From an uncultured delta proteobacterium (lineage in GTDB: Bacteria > Desulfobacterota_D > UBA1144 > Nemesobacterales > UBA2774), in the NCBI GenBank assembly GCA_963752995.1, contig CAVWAZ010000030.1, forward strand, positions 851,151 to 915,150: a stretch of DNA of 64,000 nt, given 5' to 3'. Numbering within the stretch: position 1 is the first letter of the stretch; every line of letters begins with the position of its first letter. The notes beneath the pieces were generated by a model. It did not search any database and was not told the origin of the DNA. It worked only from the letters and a program-made list of their open reading frames with translations. Shown one piece after another: positions 52,215 to 63,942 of this stretch. Made by a program: the position numbers and the translations under genes.

Positions 52215-53439
52215 AGAGCAGAATTTGATTATAGGGCTCGACATCGGGACGACAAAAATATGCGCAATTGTGGGTGAAATAAATTCAAAAACAGGGGAAG
52301 TCGAAATAATAGGCGTAGGTACATACCCCTCTTACGGACTTAAGAGGGGGGTCGTCGTAAATATAGAGAATACGATTCAGTCGGTTAAGCACGCGGTCGA
52401 AGAAGCCGAACACATGGCCGGATGCGAGATACGGACAGTCTTCGTGGGCATTGCGGGGGGCCATATAAAGGGCATGAGCGGGCACGGGATGATAACGATC
52501 AGGGACCGCGAGGTCGCGAAACGGGACGTAGAAAGGGTGATAGAGTCGGCGAACGCCGTGCTGATACCCGCGGACAGGGAAATAATTCATGTAATTCCCC
52601 AGGAATACGCAATCGACGGTCAGAGCGGTATAAAGGACCCGGTAGGCATCTACGGAATCAAGCTCGAGACCAAAGTACATATCGTCACGGGGCAGGTCAC
52701 AGCGGCCCAGAACCTCGTAAAATGCATACACGGCGCCGGTATGGACGTGGCCGACATCGTGCTCGAGCAGCTCGCTTCGAGCGAAGCGGTGCTTACCGAG
52801 GACGAAAAGGAAATAGGCGTCGTCCTGATAGACTGCGGCGGCGGGACAACCGATATAGCCATATTTGTCGGCGGCAGCATACGCTACACCGAAAACGTTA
52901 CCCTCGGCGGCGATAATATAGACAGGGACATAGCCCTCGGGCTCTCCACTCCGCTTGCGGAAGCGAGACGGATAAAAGAGAAATACGGCTCCGCCCTCAC
53001 CGAGCTCGTCTCGCCCGATGAGACCATAGAAGTGCCGAGCGTGGGCGGAAAGCATTTCAGAAAAATATCCAGAAGGGACCTCGCTATGATTATCGAGCCC
53101 CGCATGGAAGAAATTTTCGCCCTCGCGAAAAGAGAGATAAAGAAGTCGGGATTAGAAGACCTCGTCCCCGCGGGAGTGGTCATAACGGGCGGGAGCGTGA
53201 TAATGAACGGGACTGTCGAGCTCGCCGAGCACGTTCTGGAAATGCCCGTAAGGATGGGCATTCCGACCGATGTCGGAGGGCTTACCGATATAATTGCCAA
53301 CCCCGTTTACTCCACGGGAGTCGGTCTCGTCCTATACGGCTGCGGATACAAGGGCGACAAAAAATTACGGATACGCGATGAAAATGTTTTCAAAAAAATA
53401 TTTGACAGTATGAAAAACTGGTTTCAGGAGTTTTTTTAG
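52207..53439 (+). CDS. ftsA: Cell division protein FtsA
   Basis: Actin-fold motifs IIGLDIGTTKICAIVGE and VLIDCGGGTTDIAIF. Confidence 0.9.
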   Translation: MGKEQNLIIGLDIGTTKICAIVGEINSKTGEVEIIGVGTYPSYGLKRGVVVNIENTIQSVKHAVEEAEHMAGCEIRTVFVGIAGGHIKGMSGHGMITIRDREVAKRDVERVIESANAVLIPADREIIHVIPQEYAIDGQSGIKDPVGIYGIKLETKVHIVTGQVTAAQNLVKCIHGAGMDVADIVLEQLASSEAVLTEDEKEIGVVLIDCGGGTTDIAIFVGGSIRYTENVTLGGDNIDRDIALGLSTPLAEARRIKEKYGSALTELVSPDETIEVPSVGGKHFRKISRRDLAMIIEPRMEEIFALAKREIKKSGLEDLVPAGVVITGGSVIMNGTVELAEHVLEMPVRMGIPTDVGGLTDIIANPVYSTGVGLVLYGCGYKGDKKLRIRDENVFKKIFDSMKNWFQEFF

Positions 53440-53478
53440 GTTAAAATGAGATAACTATACTGGAGGAGGGTGTTATAT

Positions 53479-54552
53479 ATGGCAAACTTTGAGCTCGAAG
53501 ACACAGGTATAGAACAAAAGGCGAAAATAAAAGTCATCGGCGCCGGCGGTGCCGGCGGCAACGCTATAAACGCAATGATAGAAAAGGGCCTCCACGGTGT
53601 CGAGTTTATCGTGACTAACACCGACGCGCAGGACCTGAGGAAATCCCTCGCATCCGCAAAGATCCAGATCGGCAGCAGGACCACCAAAGGGCTCGGCTCC
53701 GGCGGTAACCCCGTGCTCGGCAGGGAAGCCGCGATCGAAGACCAGGTCAAGATCGCTGAAGCGATCGAAGGCGCGGACATGGTATTTATAACAGCGGGCA
53801 TGGGAGGAGGCACCGGCACCGGGGCATCGCCCATCATCGCGCAGGTATCGAAAGAATGCGGCGCCCTCACTGTCGGCGTAGTCACGAGGCCGTTCGGCTT
53901 CGAAGGTCCCAAGAGAAACAAGCAGGCTCTCCTCGGCATAGAGAGCCTCGAAAAAGAAGTCGACACGCTGATCGTTATCCCGAACGACCGCCTGACGGAA
54001 GTGCACAAGATTACGATACTCGACGCGTTCAAGAGAGCCGACGAAGTGCTCCACCAGGCAGTGCGCGGTATCTCGGACATAATCACGGGTACGGGCTATA
54101 TCAATGTGGACTTTGCCGACGTCAAGAGCATCATGGGCGAGAACGGCGGAAAGGCCCTCATGGGTACGGGCTACGCCGAGGGCAGCAACAGGGCGGTCGA
54201 AGCCGCCGAAGCCGCGATTACGAGCCCCTTACTCGAAGACATATCGATCGACGGCGCGACGGGCATTCTCCTCAATGTAACCGCCTCTCCTGACTTTGGA
54301 ATCGAAGAGCTCAACGAGGCCTGTAATTATATAAAGGACCGGGCTCACGAGGAAGTAAACCTCATTTTCGGCCTGGTATTCAATCCCGAATTCAAGGAAT
54401 CCGTTCAGATTACGGTCATAGCGACCGGAATACAGAGCATCAGGAACCAGAATATAAAAAAGCTGGTGACAAAGCTCCCAACGGACATCGGTGAGGACGA
54501 ATTCGAAATCCCCGCTTTCATCCGGAGGCGCGGGTTTAAAGAAGGGCAGTAA
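53479..54552 (+). CDS. ftsZ: Cell division GTPase FtsZ
   Basis: GGGTGTG tubulin signature in [16 protein letters not shown], plus NTDAQ and the C-terminal conserved peptide DIPAFIRR. ATG at 53479 lies 9 nt after GGAGGAGG; the track GTG at 53470 sits too close to the RBS. Confidence 0.95.
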   Translation: MANFELEDTGIEQKAKIKVIGAGGAGGNAINAMIEKGLHGVEFIVTNTDAQDLRKSLASAKIQIGSRTTKGLGSGGNPVLGREAAIEDQVKIAEAIEGADMVFITAGMGGGTGTGASPIIAQVSKECGALTVGVVTRPFGFEGPKRNKQALLGIESLEKEVDTLIVIPNDRLTEVHKITILDAFKRADEVLHQAVRGISDIITGTGYINVDFADVKSIMGENGGKALMGTGYAEGSNRAVEAAEAAITSPLLEDISIDGATGILLNVTASPDFGIEELNEACNYIKDRAHEEVNLIFGLVFNPEFKESVQITVIATGIQSIRNQNIKKLVTKLPTDIGEDEFEIPAFIRRRGFKEGQ

Positions 54553-54693
54553 GCAGAGGCTGATACGCGGAATATAACATCCGGGCTTACCCAGGTGAGG
54601 CTATGGGTTCACTTGGGGTCTTTATTAATTACCTCGATTCACAATTACCGAAATATTCTTATCTCTAGCGGATTTAGCCGGTTACCGAACGGT

Positions 54694-55065
54694 TCATTCG
54701 GCGGCCTGCATTTCCTGAAGCACGCCGGGTTTTTTCTTGATTTCGTCTTTGAAAGATGTTTTTACACGGGGGGCGTCGATCCAGAGGCTCTCTATATCGT
54801 AGAATTTTCTGCTTGGCTCATAAAAGACGTGCGCGACAACGTCGGCGGAATCGATAAGCACCCAGTTCCCGTCCGAATACCCCTCGATCCCGATTACCTT
54901 TTCCCCAGCTTCTTCGAGCGTCTTTTCTATATTATCCACTATGGTCTTTACGCCCCTTGTCGAGTTCGCGCTGCAGACTAGGAAATAATCGGTTACGTCG
55001 CTCGTGGAGCCGACGTCGAGAAGCACGGGGTTGTCCGCCTTTTTCTCCCATGCCGCCTGGGCCAT
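54694..55065 (-). CDS. rsfS: Ribosomal silencing factor RsfS (Iojap family)
   Basis: 123 aa; conserved ...DVTDYFLVCSANSTRGVKTIVDNI...GNWVLIDSADVVAHVF. Confidence 0.85.
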   Translation of the reverse strand: MAQAAWEKKADNPVLLDVGSTSDVTDYFLVCSANSTRGVKTIVDNIEKTLEEAGEKVIGIEGYSDGNWVLIDSADVVAHVFYEPSRKFYDIESLWIDAPRVKTSFKDEIKKKPGVLQEMQAAE

Positions 55066-55094
55066 TGCGAGAGCCTTCTTTTTTGAGTTTATAG

Positions 55095-55769
55095 TTATTC
55101 CTCCCTGCTGTAGATGTTGTTACGCAGTATGTACTCCTCAACGGACGCCGGGACGAGGTACTTGATGGACCTCCCTGAATTCACGCAGCGCCTTATTTCT
55201 GTAGAAGATATCTCGAGGCCCCTTATCCTGGAAAAAGCAATTAGTTTGAAGTTCTTATCTATGTAGAATTTCACGTCGTCTTTTTCTTTATAATAACTAA
55301 AATCGTTTTCGAGGGCAAGCGGTAGTTTCGCTTCGTTCGCGTCCGGATAGCCGGGCCTCGTGATAACCGCGAAATTGCTGAGCCTGAAGAGCTCCCTCCA
55401 TTCCTTCCAGGTCTCTATTTCCCCGAACAGCTCGTTCCCTACCATGAAATAATAGTCAGAATCCGGATTAAGCCCGTTCAGGTGTCTTAGCGTCTCCACG
55501 GTATAAGAGGCAGTACTTTTCCCGAGCTCGTAATCGCATATGTCGAAGCGCGGGTTTTCTCCGACCGCGAGCCTCAGCATATCGAGCCTCTGTGCAGGCG
55601 GTGTGGTATGTGTCGTGTTCTTATGAGGGGGGATGGCGGCGGGTATGAAGTACACCATGTCTAAAGAGAGCTGCTCCCTTATTTCCTCCGCTGCCCGCAG
55701 ATGGCCCAGATGCACGGGATCGAACGTACCGCCAAAAAGACCCGCTCTCTCTTTTTTCTTCTTATCCAT
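55095..55769 (-). CDS. nadD: Nicotinate-nucleotide adenylyltransferase
   Basis: GLFGGTFDPVHLGHL (HxGH nucleotidyltransferase motif) and a C-terminal SSTEIR-type motif (ISSTEIRR). Confidence 0.9.
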   Translation of the reverse strand: MDKKKKERAGLFGGTFDPVHLGHLRAAEEIREQLSLDMVYFIPAAIPPHKNTTHTTPPAQRLDMLRLAVGENPRFDICDYELGKSTASYTVETLRHLNGLNPDSDYYFMVGNELFGEIETWKEWRELFRLSNFAVITRPGYPDANEAKLPLALENDFSYYKEKDDVKFYIDKNFKLIAFSRIRGLEISSTEIRRCVNSGRSIKYLVPASVEEYILRNNIYSREE

Positions 55770-55786
55770 CGCCTGGGTAAATCATA

Positions 55787-56857
55787 TCATTTCTTTTGCC
55801 GGTTTGGTTTAGCCACATAGCCTTCGACCATTATCTCGTCGCCGAATTTCCTTATTTTCACCCTTTCTATGCCGAGGGAGTCTTTTATGCGGGAGACGCC
55901 CAGTTCCCCGACCATGCTCAAACCTTCGGCGCCTATCACCCTGGGCGCGTAAAAAAACACGACCTTGTCCACGATCCCGCTCTTTAGAGCCAGGGCCGCG
56001 GTCGCGCTCCCCCCTTCTATGAGGAGGCTCGTAATTTCATTCTTCCCGAGCTTGCGTGCGAGTTCCCTGAGACCCAGGTGCCCGTCCCTCCCGAGCCCGA
56101 CCTCGATAATCCTCGCGCCCGCCCCTTCGAGCTTCTTTCGCTTGACCCGGTCGTGCGATTTCCCCGTTACTATTATCACGCTCTCATGGACGGAGAATAT
56201 TTTCGAATTTACCGGAGTCTTTAGCGCTCTATCGAGCACGACGGGCACGGGCTGTCTTTCGTTCCCCGCGTTCTTGTAGAGCCTTACGTTCAGGCGCGGA
56301 TCGTCTTTCAAGATCGTCCCTGTTCCGACCATGACCGCGTCCGCAAGGTTCCTCAATCTGTGTCCCATCTTTCTCTGCCTCTCGCTCCCTATCCATTTGG
56401 AGTCCCCCGTATGCGTCGCGATCTTCCCGTCGAGTGTGGCCGCGAGCTTGAGCGTCACGAACGGGGTGCCCGTGGTTATGTATTTGTTAAAGGCCTCGTT
56501 GAGCCGACTGGCCTTTTCCTCGAGCACACCTGTCGTTACGCGTATGCCCGCGTCCCTGAGCGTTTTTACCCCTTTCCCGCTCACCTTCGGGTTCGGGTCG
56601 AGCGCGCCGACTATCACTTCCCCGACGCCCTTCTCTATAACCGCGTCCGTGCAGGGCGGGGTCTTCTTCTCCCTGTGGCAGCAGGGCTCGAGCGATACGT
56701 AGAGGGTCCCGCCCCCGACGTCCCGTCCCTTCCTCCCGGCGTCGATGAATGCCTCGATCTCGGCGTGCGGGAGCCCCGCCTTCCTGTGGTAACCCTTCCC
56801 TATGATCTTCCCACTCTTCACGAGGACCGCCCCCACGAGCGGGTTCGGGCTCGTCAT
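55787..56857 (-). CDS. ribD: Riboflavin biosynthesis protein RibD (bifunctional deaminase/reductase)
   Basis: CMP/dCMP deaminase zinc motif HAEIEAF...SLEPCCH..KTPPC followed by the RibD reductase domain. Confidence 0.9.
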   Translation of the reverse strand: MTSPNPLVGAVLVKSGKIIGKGYHRKAGLPHAEIEAFIDAGRKGRDVGGGTLYVSLEPCCHREKKTPPCTDAVIEKGVGEVIVGALDPNPKVSGKGVKTLRDAGIRVTTGVLEEKASRLNEAFNKYITTGTPFVTLKLAATLDGKIATHTGDSKWIGSERQRKMGHRLRNLADAVMVGTGTILKDDPRLNVRLYKNAGNERQPVPVVLDRALKTPVNSKIFSVHESVIIVTGKSHDRVKRKKLEGAGARIIEVGLGRDGHLGLRELARKLGKNEITSLLIEGGSATAALALKSGIVDKVVFFYAPRVIGAEGLSMVGELGVSRIKDSLGIERVKIRKFGDEIMVEGYVAKPNRQKK

Positions 56858-56968
56858 GCCCTTCCCCCTTTCTGGCGAGGCTTATTGCGAGAGACATATA
56901 TTTTTCGTGCGGTTCCTTTTTCATACGTTTCATTAATACATATTCATATTATAGAGCGACCCGGTATG

Positions 56969-58349
56969 TCAATGCACGGATTCTTCACCGGAGTAAAACA
57001 GGGCTTCGACGAATTCATCGGCGCTGAACTCCCGGAGGTCGCTCAGGCTCTCGCCTATACCTATATATTTGACGGGAATATTAAGCTCGTCGGCGATAGC
57101 CACTATCACTCCCCCCTTCGCCGTCCCGTCTAGCTTCGTGAGCACAATGCCCGTTACGTCGAGGGCCTCGTTGAACATCTTCGCCTGCTGGATTGCGTTC
57201 TGCCCGGTGGTCGCGTCGAGCACCAGCAGGGTTTCGTTAGGCGCCTCGGCGAGCTCACGGGATATCACCCTCTTCATCTTCTTTATCTCTTCCATGAGGT
57301 TCCCTTTCGTGTGGAGCCTCCCCGCGGTGTCTATGATAAGCACGTCGGTCCCGCGGGCCGAGGCCGCTTTCACGGCGTCGAACGCGACCGCGGACGGGTC
57401 TGCCCCGCTCTGCCCCTTGATGAAATCCGATCCCACACGCTTCGACCATATCTCGAGCTGCTCCGTGGCGGCCGCCCTGAACGTGTCCCCCGCCGCGACC
57501 ATCACGCTCAGGTTCTCCTTTTTAAGCCTGTTCGCGAGCTTGCCTATCGTAGTCGTTTTTCCGACCCCGTTCACCCCGGCTACCATTATCACGTAGGGCT
57601 TTGTGCTGATGCGTATCGGGCTGCCCTCCGCCGTTTTCAGTATCCTCAGTATCTCTTCCTTGAGCGCCCCGGTTATAGCGTCCGCGTCCCGGAGCGATTT
57701 TTTCTGTATGCTCGCCCCTATCCTTTCCCTGAGCTTCATCGTAGTCCCTACGCCAATATCGGCCATAATAAGCGTTTCTTCGAAGTCGTCCCATACGCTT
57801 TCGTCTATCTCTTTTTTGGAGAGCACTTCACCGAGCCTGCCGAATAGCCCGGTATGGGTCTTGGACAGGCCCTTCCTCAACCTCGCGAAAAGCCCTTCCT
57901 TGGTTTCTTCGGGCTCTTCTACCGCCGCCGCTGCCTCTTCCCCCGGGGCGGGTGCCTCAACTGTCGGCTCTTCGGGCTCTGACGGCTGCTCGATAGTCTC
58001 TGCCGCTTCGATTTCTGCAATTATTGAGGCTTCGGGAGCGGCCTTTTCGGGCTCTCTCGCCTGCCTTGTCTCCAGGTGGTTCTGCCGGGGTTTCAGGGAC
58101 TCCGGGAATCGCCTCTCCTGCGGGCGGCGCTTTAAATACGTCGAGATCAGGCGCCGCTAAAACTTTTTCAGTTTCCTTATAGGCTTCCTTCCCGGGTTCC
58201 GGTTTTACGGCTTCCTTTTTCGGTTTCTGCTCGAAGAGGAAGGCGATTATGAGTGACAACAGAAGTAGTATTAAGAAGATTACGCCTACGGCGACGAGGT
58301 CCGAATACGGGCTCGGTATAGTATTCAAAACTGATAAAATCTGTTCCAT
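56969..58349 (-). CDS. ftsY: Signal recognition particle receptor FtsY with N-terminal membrane anchor and acidic A-domain, interrupted by a frame change near 58060-58090
   Basis: ORF 56969..57880 is the NG domain (GVNGVGKTTTIGKLA, DTAGR). The same frame stays open upstream through an acidic A-domain (AAPEASIIAEIEAAETIEQPSEPEEPTVEAPAPGEEAAAAVEEPEETKEGLFARLRKGLSKT). ORF 57957..58349 supplies a TM helix (LVAVGVIFLILLLLSLIIAFLF) and the start of the Pro/Glu/Lys-rich linker in another frame. Confidence 0.8.
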
Positions 58350-58616
58350 TATTTTAAAAGCCTCCTTGATAGCGCCTTATATTAGCAACCGGACATCGTT
58401 CGGAACATTATGCGGTAATCAAAAGATTTTTCAGCCGATTCTCTATATATGCTTACCGTTAATATACTTTTCAGGGAATTCTTTTCAATACGGGGCCCGT
58501 CCCGCTTTTTTTCGGCTCGAAGGCGTTAGTTTTACATCCATTGTAACCCGTATGAAACAAATGATGTTTTACAGGCCCTTGAACTGCCCGAGCCTTCGCG
58601 GATATAATAAAAACTG

Positions 58617-61600
58617 ATGTCTAACGGTTTTGTCCACCTTCACCTCCACTCCCAATATTCACTACTGGACGGCGCGATAAAGTTTGAAGACCTCTTCCCG
58701 CTTGCCAAGGAATTCGGAATGGAGGCAGTCGCTCTCACCGACCACGGGAACCTGTTCGGCGCATACGATTTCTATAAAAAAGCAAAGGAATCGGGCATTA
58801 AGCCCATCATAGGTTGCGAGCTCTACGTCACGCCAAAGATTAACCCCGATAACGCTTCCGAGGGCAAGACCCATCACCTGACCGTCTTATCCATGAACTG
58901 GGCCGGTTATCAGAACCTTTCGAGGCTCGTGACCAAGGCCTATTTTCACGGTTTTTACAGGAGGCCGAGGGTGGATCACGAGCTCCTCGGCACGCATAAC
59001 GAAGGGCTCATAGTCTTAAGCGGCTGTCTCAACAGCGAGCTTGCCAAGGCGATATTCAACAAGGACATGAAGGCTGCGCTCAACGTCGCCGCCATGTACA
59101 GGGAAATGTTCGGCGACAGGTATTACCTGGAGGTCCAGGCAACTGGCCTGCCGGAGCAGAAGAGGGTTAACAAGAAGGTAAGAGAGATAGGCGAAAAACT
59201 CGGTATACCCATAGTAGCCACAAACGATTGCCATTTCCTGAGGCGCGAGGACTCGCGTCCCCACGACGCGCTCCTCTGCATTCAGACCGGATCGTCGCTC
59301 CAGGACGAGAACAGGTTCAGGTTTCAGGGAGACCAGTATTATCTGAAATCCGAAGGCGAGATGATTAAAGACCTCGAAGGCTTCGAGGACGCAATCAAGA
59401 TGACCTCGGAGGTCGCGAAAAGGTGCAACCTGGAGTTCGAGAGGAGCGGGTACAAGCTGCCCGTATTCGAAGCCGAAGGGGGCAAAACGCTCGACGAATA
59501 TCTCGCGTCGCTCGCACGGGAAAAGCTCGAGGAAAGATTGAGCGAGAACGCAATTCCGCTTGAGAAACAGGCGGATTATAAGAGCAGGCTCGAGAACGAA
59601 ATCGAGATTATACAGAAGATGGGTTTCTCGGGCTACTTCCTCGTCGTCGCCGATTTCATAAACTACGCGAAAGTCAAGCGGTATTCCCGTCGGCCCCGGC
59701 AGGGGGAGCGCAGCGGGCAGCCTCGTAGCGTATGCGCTCGGTATCACCGAAATCGACCCCATACCGTATAACCTAATTTTCGAGAGGTTCCTGAACCCCG
59801 AGCGCGTCAGCATGCCTGATATAGACATAGACTTCTGCGCCGAGGGCAGGGACGAGGTAATACGATACGTAACGGAAAAATACGGGGCCGACAAAGTCGC
59901 CCAGATAGGCACTTTCGGGACCATGTCCGCGAAAGCTGTTGTCAAGGACGTCGGCAGGGTGCTCGGCATCCCGTACGCTGACGTCGACAGGGTTACGAAG
60001 CTCATACCGTCCTTCAGGGGAAAGGTATTCAGCATAGACAAGGCTATAGAAAGCGTCTCCGAGCTAAAGAAGCTCATAGAGGGCTCCCCGCAGCTTAAGG
60101 AGATGATAGAGCTCGCCAGGCCGCTCGAAGACATGGTCAGGCACTCTTCCACGCACGCGGCCGGCATCGTTATAGCGAACGAGCCTCTAGCGGACCACAT
60201 ACCCCTCTGCAAAGGCTCGAAGAACGAAGTCGTGACCCAGTTCGATATGAACTCTATAGAAGAGCTCGGGTTCGTCAAATTCGATTTCCTGGGCTTGAGG
60301 ACACTCACGGTCATAAGCAAGGCGCTCGATCTTATCAAGGAGAACTACGGGAACGGAGAGGAATTCAAGCTCGACATCAACAAGATACCGCTTGACGACC
60401 CGAAGGTTTACGAGCTCCTTTCGAGCGGCAGGACGCGCGGTATCTTCCAGATCGAATCCTCGGGCATGAAGGAGCTCATGATCAACCTTGAGCCTTCCGG
60501 TTTCGAGGACATCATCGCCGTGCTCGCCCTGTACAGGCCTGGACCGCTCGACAGCGGCATGGTCGACGAATACATAGAGCGCAAGCACGGGAAGAGAAAG
60601 ACCCAGTACCCGCTCCCCGAGCTCCAGGACATACTGCGCGACACTTACGGGCTCTTCGTATACCAGGAGCAGATAATGAGCACCGCGAGCGTCGTCGCCG
60701 ATTACAGCCTCGGCGAGGCCGACCTCCTCAGGCGCGCGATGGGGAAGAAAAAACCCGAAGAGATGAAAGCCCAGAGGGAGAGGTTCCTCGAAGGGGCGAA
60801 GCGAAAGGATATAAAGGATAAAAAGGCTAAAGAGATATTCGATGCGATGGAGAAGTTCGCCGAATACTCTTTCAACAAGAGCCACAGCGCCGCGTATGCG
60901 CTCATAACTTACCAAACGGCGTATCTCAAGACCCACTACCCGGCCGAATTCATGGCGGCGCTCATGTCCGTCGAATCGAGCAATACTGATAAAGTCATAT
61001 CGAGCATCACGGAGTGCAAGCAGATGGGCATCCCGGTGCTCGCGCCCGATGTGAACGAGAGCCTGGCGGGCTTCACCGCGTCTAACGGCACCATCAGGTT
61101 CGGACTCGCGGCGATAAAGAACGTGGGCGAGGGCACTGTCGAAGCGATTATAAAGGCCAGGCGTGAGAAGGGGAAATTCGATTCGATCTTCAGCTTCTGC
61201 GAGCAGGTCGAAGCGAGGAAGCTCAACAGGAGGACTTTCGAGAGCCTGATCAAGAGCGGCGCTTTCGATTCCCTCTCGGTCGGCAGGGCGGCCCTTATGG
61301 AGTCCCTCGACACGCTCCTCAGCTACACGTCGCTCAAGCAGAAGAGCTCGGTCGAAGGTCAGCATTCCCTCTTCGCTTTAAACGATTCGGTCTCATTGCC
61401 GCGTCTCTCCGGGACGGACGAGTGGGGCGAGAAGGAGATGCTGAGGTTCGAGATGGAGGTCCTCGGTTTCTACGTCACGAGCCACCCGATGTCTAAATAC
61501 GCTTCAGAAATCTCGAGGTCGACCGAGAATACGGATACGGAGGCCCTCTCCGAGTTGAAGGAGAGGCGCGACGTCTCTGTAGCGGGCGTCGTGCGCTCGC

Positions 61601-62058
61601 TCACCGTGAAGCACACCAAGAACGGCTCGGGAATATTCGGCAACATGGTGCTCGAGGATTTAAAAGGCTCGATCGAGGTCGTAATTTTTAATGACCTCCT
61701 CAGGAAATCGCTCCCTCTCCTCGAGGACAAGGTAGAGCCCGTTGTCGTTAAGGGGGTGCTCGAGCCCGGAGAAGACAGGGTCAAGATGAGGGCCACAGAC
61801 ATACAGCCCATTAAGGCGCTCAGGAACGGCTCGACAGTGCACATCAGTCTCGACAGCGAGAAATCCGGAAGGGACAACTTCATTCATCTGAGGGAGATTT
61901 TCACAAGCTACCCCGGGGATTCGCTCGTGCACATACACATAGCGACAGGCGAAGGGGAGGCCGTTATAGAGGTCGGCGATGCGAGGGTCGACGTGCACGA
62001 CGATTTCATCCATGACATAGAAAGGCTTTTGGGCAGGAATTGCCTCAGGCTCCTCTGA
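58617..62058 (+). CDS. dnaE: DNA polymerase III alpha subunit, with an apparent 1 nt indel at ~59690
   Basis: PHP domain (HLHLHSQYSLLDGA). Reading one base on from gcgAAAgtcaagcgg gives ...[62 protein letters not shown], continuous with ORF 59812..62058, which carries the fingers/palm, the HhH motifs and the C-terminal OB fold. Confidence 0.9.
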
Positions 62059-62061
62059 CCC

Positions 62062-62364
62062 TCAGTCCCTCTGCGAGTCTTCGATTACCCCTTTGAGTCC
62101 TTCGGGGTCGCTCGTTACCACAAACACTTCCTGTACGGACGTCCCGCTCCTGGCGATGAGCTTGGCGCCGCTCACGGTGCTGTACTTGTAACGGACTTTG
62201 AGGTTCTCTCCGGGTTTTTTACCGACATTTATCTCGCCCGGGATAATCGATTCTACGAACGCGAGCGGGGAAATGTAGGTTTCGAGAAAGCTCCCGAGCC
62301 CTTTAATAATGCTGTGCTGACGCTTTATTTTATTCTTCCTGTGCTTCATAGAACCTTTAGGCAT
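62062..62364 (-). CDS. Hypothetical small basic protein
   Basis: The 100 aa ORF from the internal Met (MPKGSMKHRKNKIKRQHSII...) avoids overlapping the conserved selO N-terminus. No motif recognised. Confidence 0.4.
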   Translation of the reverse strand: MPKGSMKHRKNKIKRQHSIIKGLGSFLETYISPLAFVESIIPGEINVGKKPGENLKVRYKYSTVSGAKLIARSGTSVQEVFVVTSDPEGLKGVIEDSQRD

Positions 62365-62472
62365 GGCGGCATCTCGCCGGCAGGTCATGCATGGGCCGGC
62401 TTGAATATACGATGATCGACTTACTGTTTCTTTATCCCTATAATACACGTATTTCCGGTACTGTACTGCATT

Positions 62473-63942
62473 ATGCGCAAATTGAACGAGCTCGAGTTCG
62501 ATAATACATACAGACGGCTGCCCGGGGATTTTTACGACCTCGTGCGTCCGACCCCTTTCGAGAACCCCCACCTCGCCGCTTTCAACCCCGACGCCGCCGG
62601 GCTCATAGGGCTCGATCCTGACGAGGCTCACAACCCCGATTTCGTCGAATACTTTTCCGGCAGGAAGCTCCTCCCCGGCTCAGAGCCCCTCGCAATGTAC
62701 TACACCGGTCATCAGTTCGGCGTTTACAACCCCGATATCGGGGACGGGAGGGCGATACTCCTGGGCGAGGTCAGGAACGGGCAGGGGCGGAAATACGACC
62801 TCCACCTCAAGGGAGCGGGGCGCACGAAATACGCGCGCGTCTTCGACGGCAGGGCGGTGCTGAGATCGGCGATAAGGGAGTACCTTTGCAGCGAGGCGAT
62901 GCACGGATTCCGCATCCCCACTACCCGCGCCCTCTCGATTGTCGGGAGCGACGAGACAGTCGAGCGCGAAACCCCTGAGAAAGGGGCTATGATGCTGAGG
63001 CTCGCCGAGACCCACGTGCGCTTCGGGTCCTTCGAGGCTTTCCATTACACGGGCCGGCCGGATTACGTGAAGCTCCTCAGTGACTATGTTATAGAAAACC
63101 ATTTCCCGCATTTGACGGATGCGGACGATAAATACGGGGAGTTCCTCGGAGAGGTCGCCCGGAGAACGGCAAGCCTCATTGCCCTCTGGCAGGCCTCGGG
63201 ATTTACTCACGGCGTGATGAATACGGACAATATGTCCATAACGGGGCTTACGATCGATTACGGGCCTTACGGCTTCATGGAGGCGTACGATCCGGATTAC
63301 ACACCTAACCACTCCGACCATTTCGGCAGGTATTCGTATTCAAATCAGCCTCCGATCGCGCTCTGGAACCTCCGGAAGCTCGCCCTCGCTCTCGGGCCCC
63401 TCGTAAGCTCCGCGAGGTCGGAGGAGATTTTCTCCGGGTTCAGGGATACCTACGCCGGGTTCTATACGGACGTCATGCGGAAGAAGCTCGGCCTCCGGGA
63501 AAGCATGCCCGGCGACGGCGCGCTCATACGCGGCCTCCTCGAAATCATGAGAGAAAGCAAGACGGACTATACCGCCTTCTTCAGGGGCCTCGGAAATTTC
63601 ACTACGTCCGCCCCCTGCGGCGAGACGAATGCATCTACATCATTTCCTGACGCGCTTCAGTCAGGCGGATGGGCGGATCAGTACAGGAATAGATTGAGAA
63701 TGGAAAGCAGCATAGACCATGAGAGGAAAGCGGTGATGGATTCCGTGAATCCCAAATACGTGCTCCGGAGCTATATAGCCGAGGGCGCTATAAGGAAAGC
63801 GGTCGATGAGAACGATTACTCGGAGATTGAGCGCGTCCGCATGCTCCTTAAAGATCCCTTCTCGGAGCAGCCCGGATCGGAAGGCTACGCGGCCCCCGCC
63901 CCCGACTGGGCGCGGAGCCTCGTCATAAGCTGCTCGTCGTAA
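62473..63942 (+). CDS. selO: Protein adenylyltransferase SelO (YdiU/UPF0061 family)
   Basis: The conserved N-terminal L.FDNTY..LP..FY, the kinase-like core (...GDGRAILLGEV...HGVMNTDNMSI.G.TIDYGP) and 489 aa length are typical of SelO. Confidence 0.9.
   Translation: MRKLNELEFDNTYRRLPGDFYDLVRPTPFENPHLAAFNPDAAGLIGLDPDEAHNPDFVEYFSGRKLLPGSEPLAMYYTGHQFGVYNPDIGDGRAILLGEVRNGQGRKYDLHLKGAGRTKYARVFDGRAVLRSAIREYLCSEAMHGFRIPTTRALSIVGSDETVERETPEKGAMMLRLAETHVRFGSFEAFHYTGRPDYVKLLSDYVIENHFPHLTDADDKYGEFLGEVARRTASLIALWQASGFTHGVMNTDNMSITGLTIDYGPYGFMEAYDPDYTPNHSDHFGRYSYSNQPPIALWNLRKLALALGPLVSSARSEEIFSGFRDTYAGFYTDVMRKKLGLRESMPGDGALIRGLLEIMRESKTDYTAFFRGLGNFTTSAPCGETNASTSFPDALQSGGWADQYRNRLRMESSIDHERKAVMDSVNPKYVLRSYIAEGAIRKAVDENDYSEIERVRMLLKDPFSEQPGSEGYAAPAPDWARSLVISCSS

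Noticed and set aside
56858-56968. FMN riboswitch upstream of ribD
   Set aside because: The intergenic gap is only ~110 nt and lacks the conserved FMN-element sequence blocks.
59671-59820. Possible programmed frameshift in dnaE
   Set aside because: Programmed frameshifting is known for dnaX, not dnaE. Seven other genes in the window show the same kind of single-base homopolymer break, so an indel error is the simpler explanation.
59016-61365. 440 aa and 392 aa minus-strand ORFs
   Set aside because: Both are antisense to dnaE, whose frame is unambiguous.
62062-62364. PilZ domain assignment for the small basic protein
   Set aside because: It starts with an Arg/Lys-rich stretch, but the PilZ RxxxR and D/NxSxxG motifs cannot both be matched.
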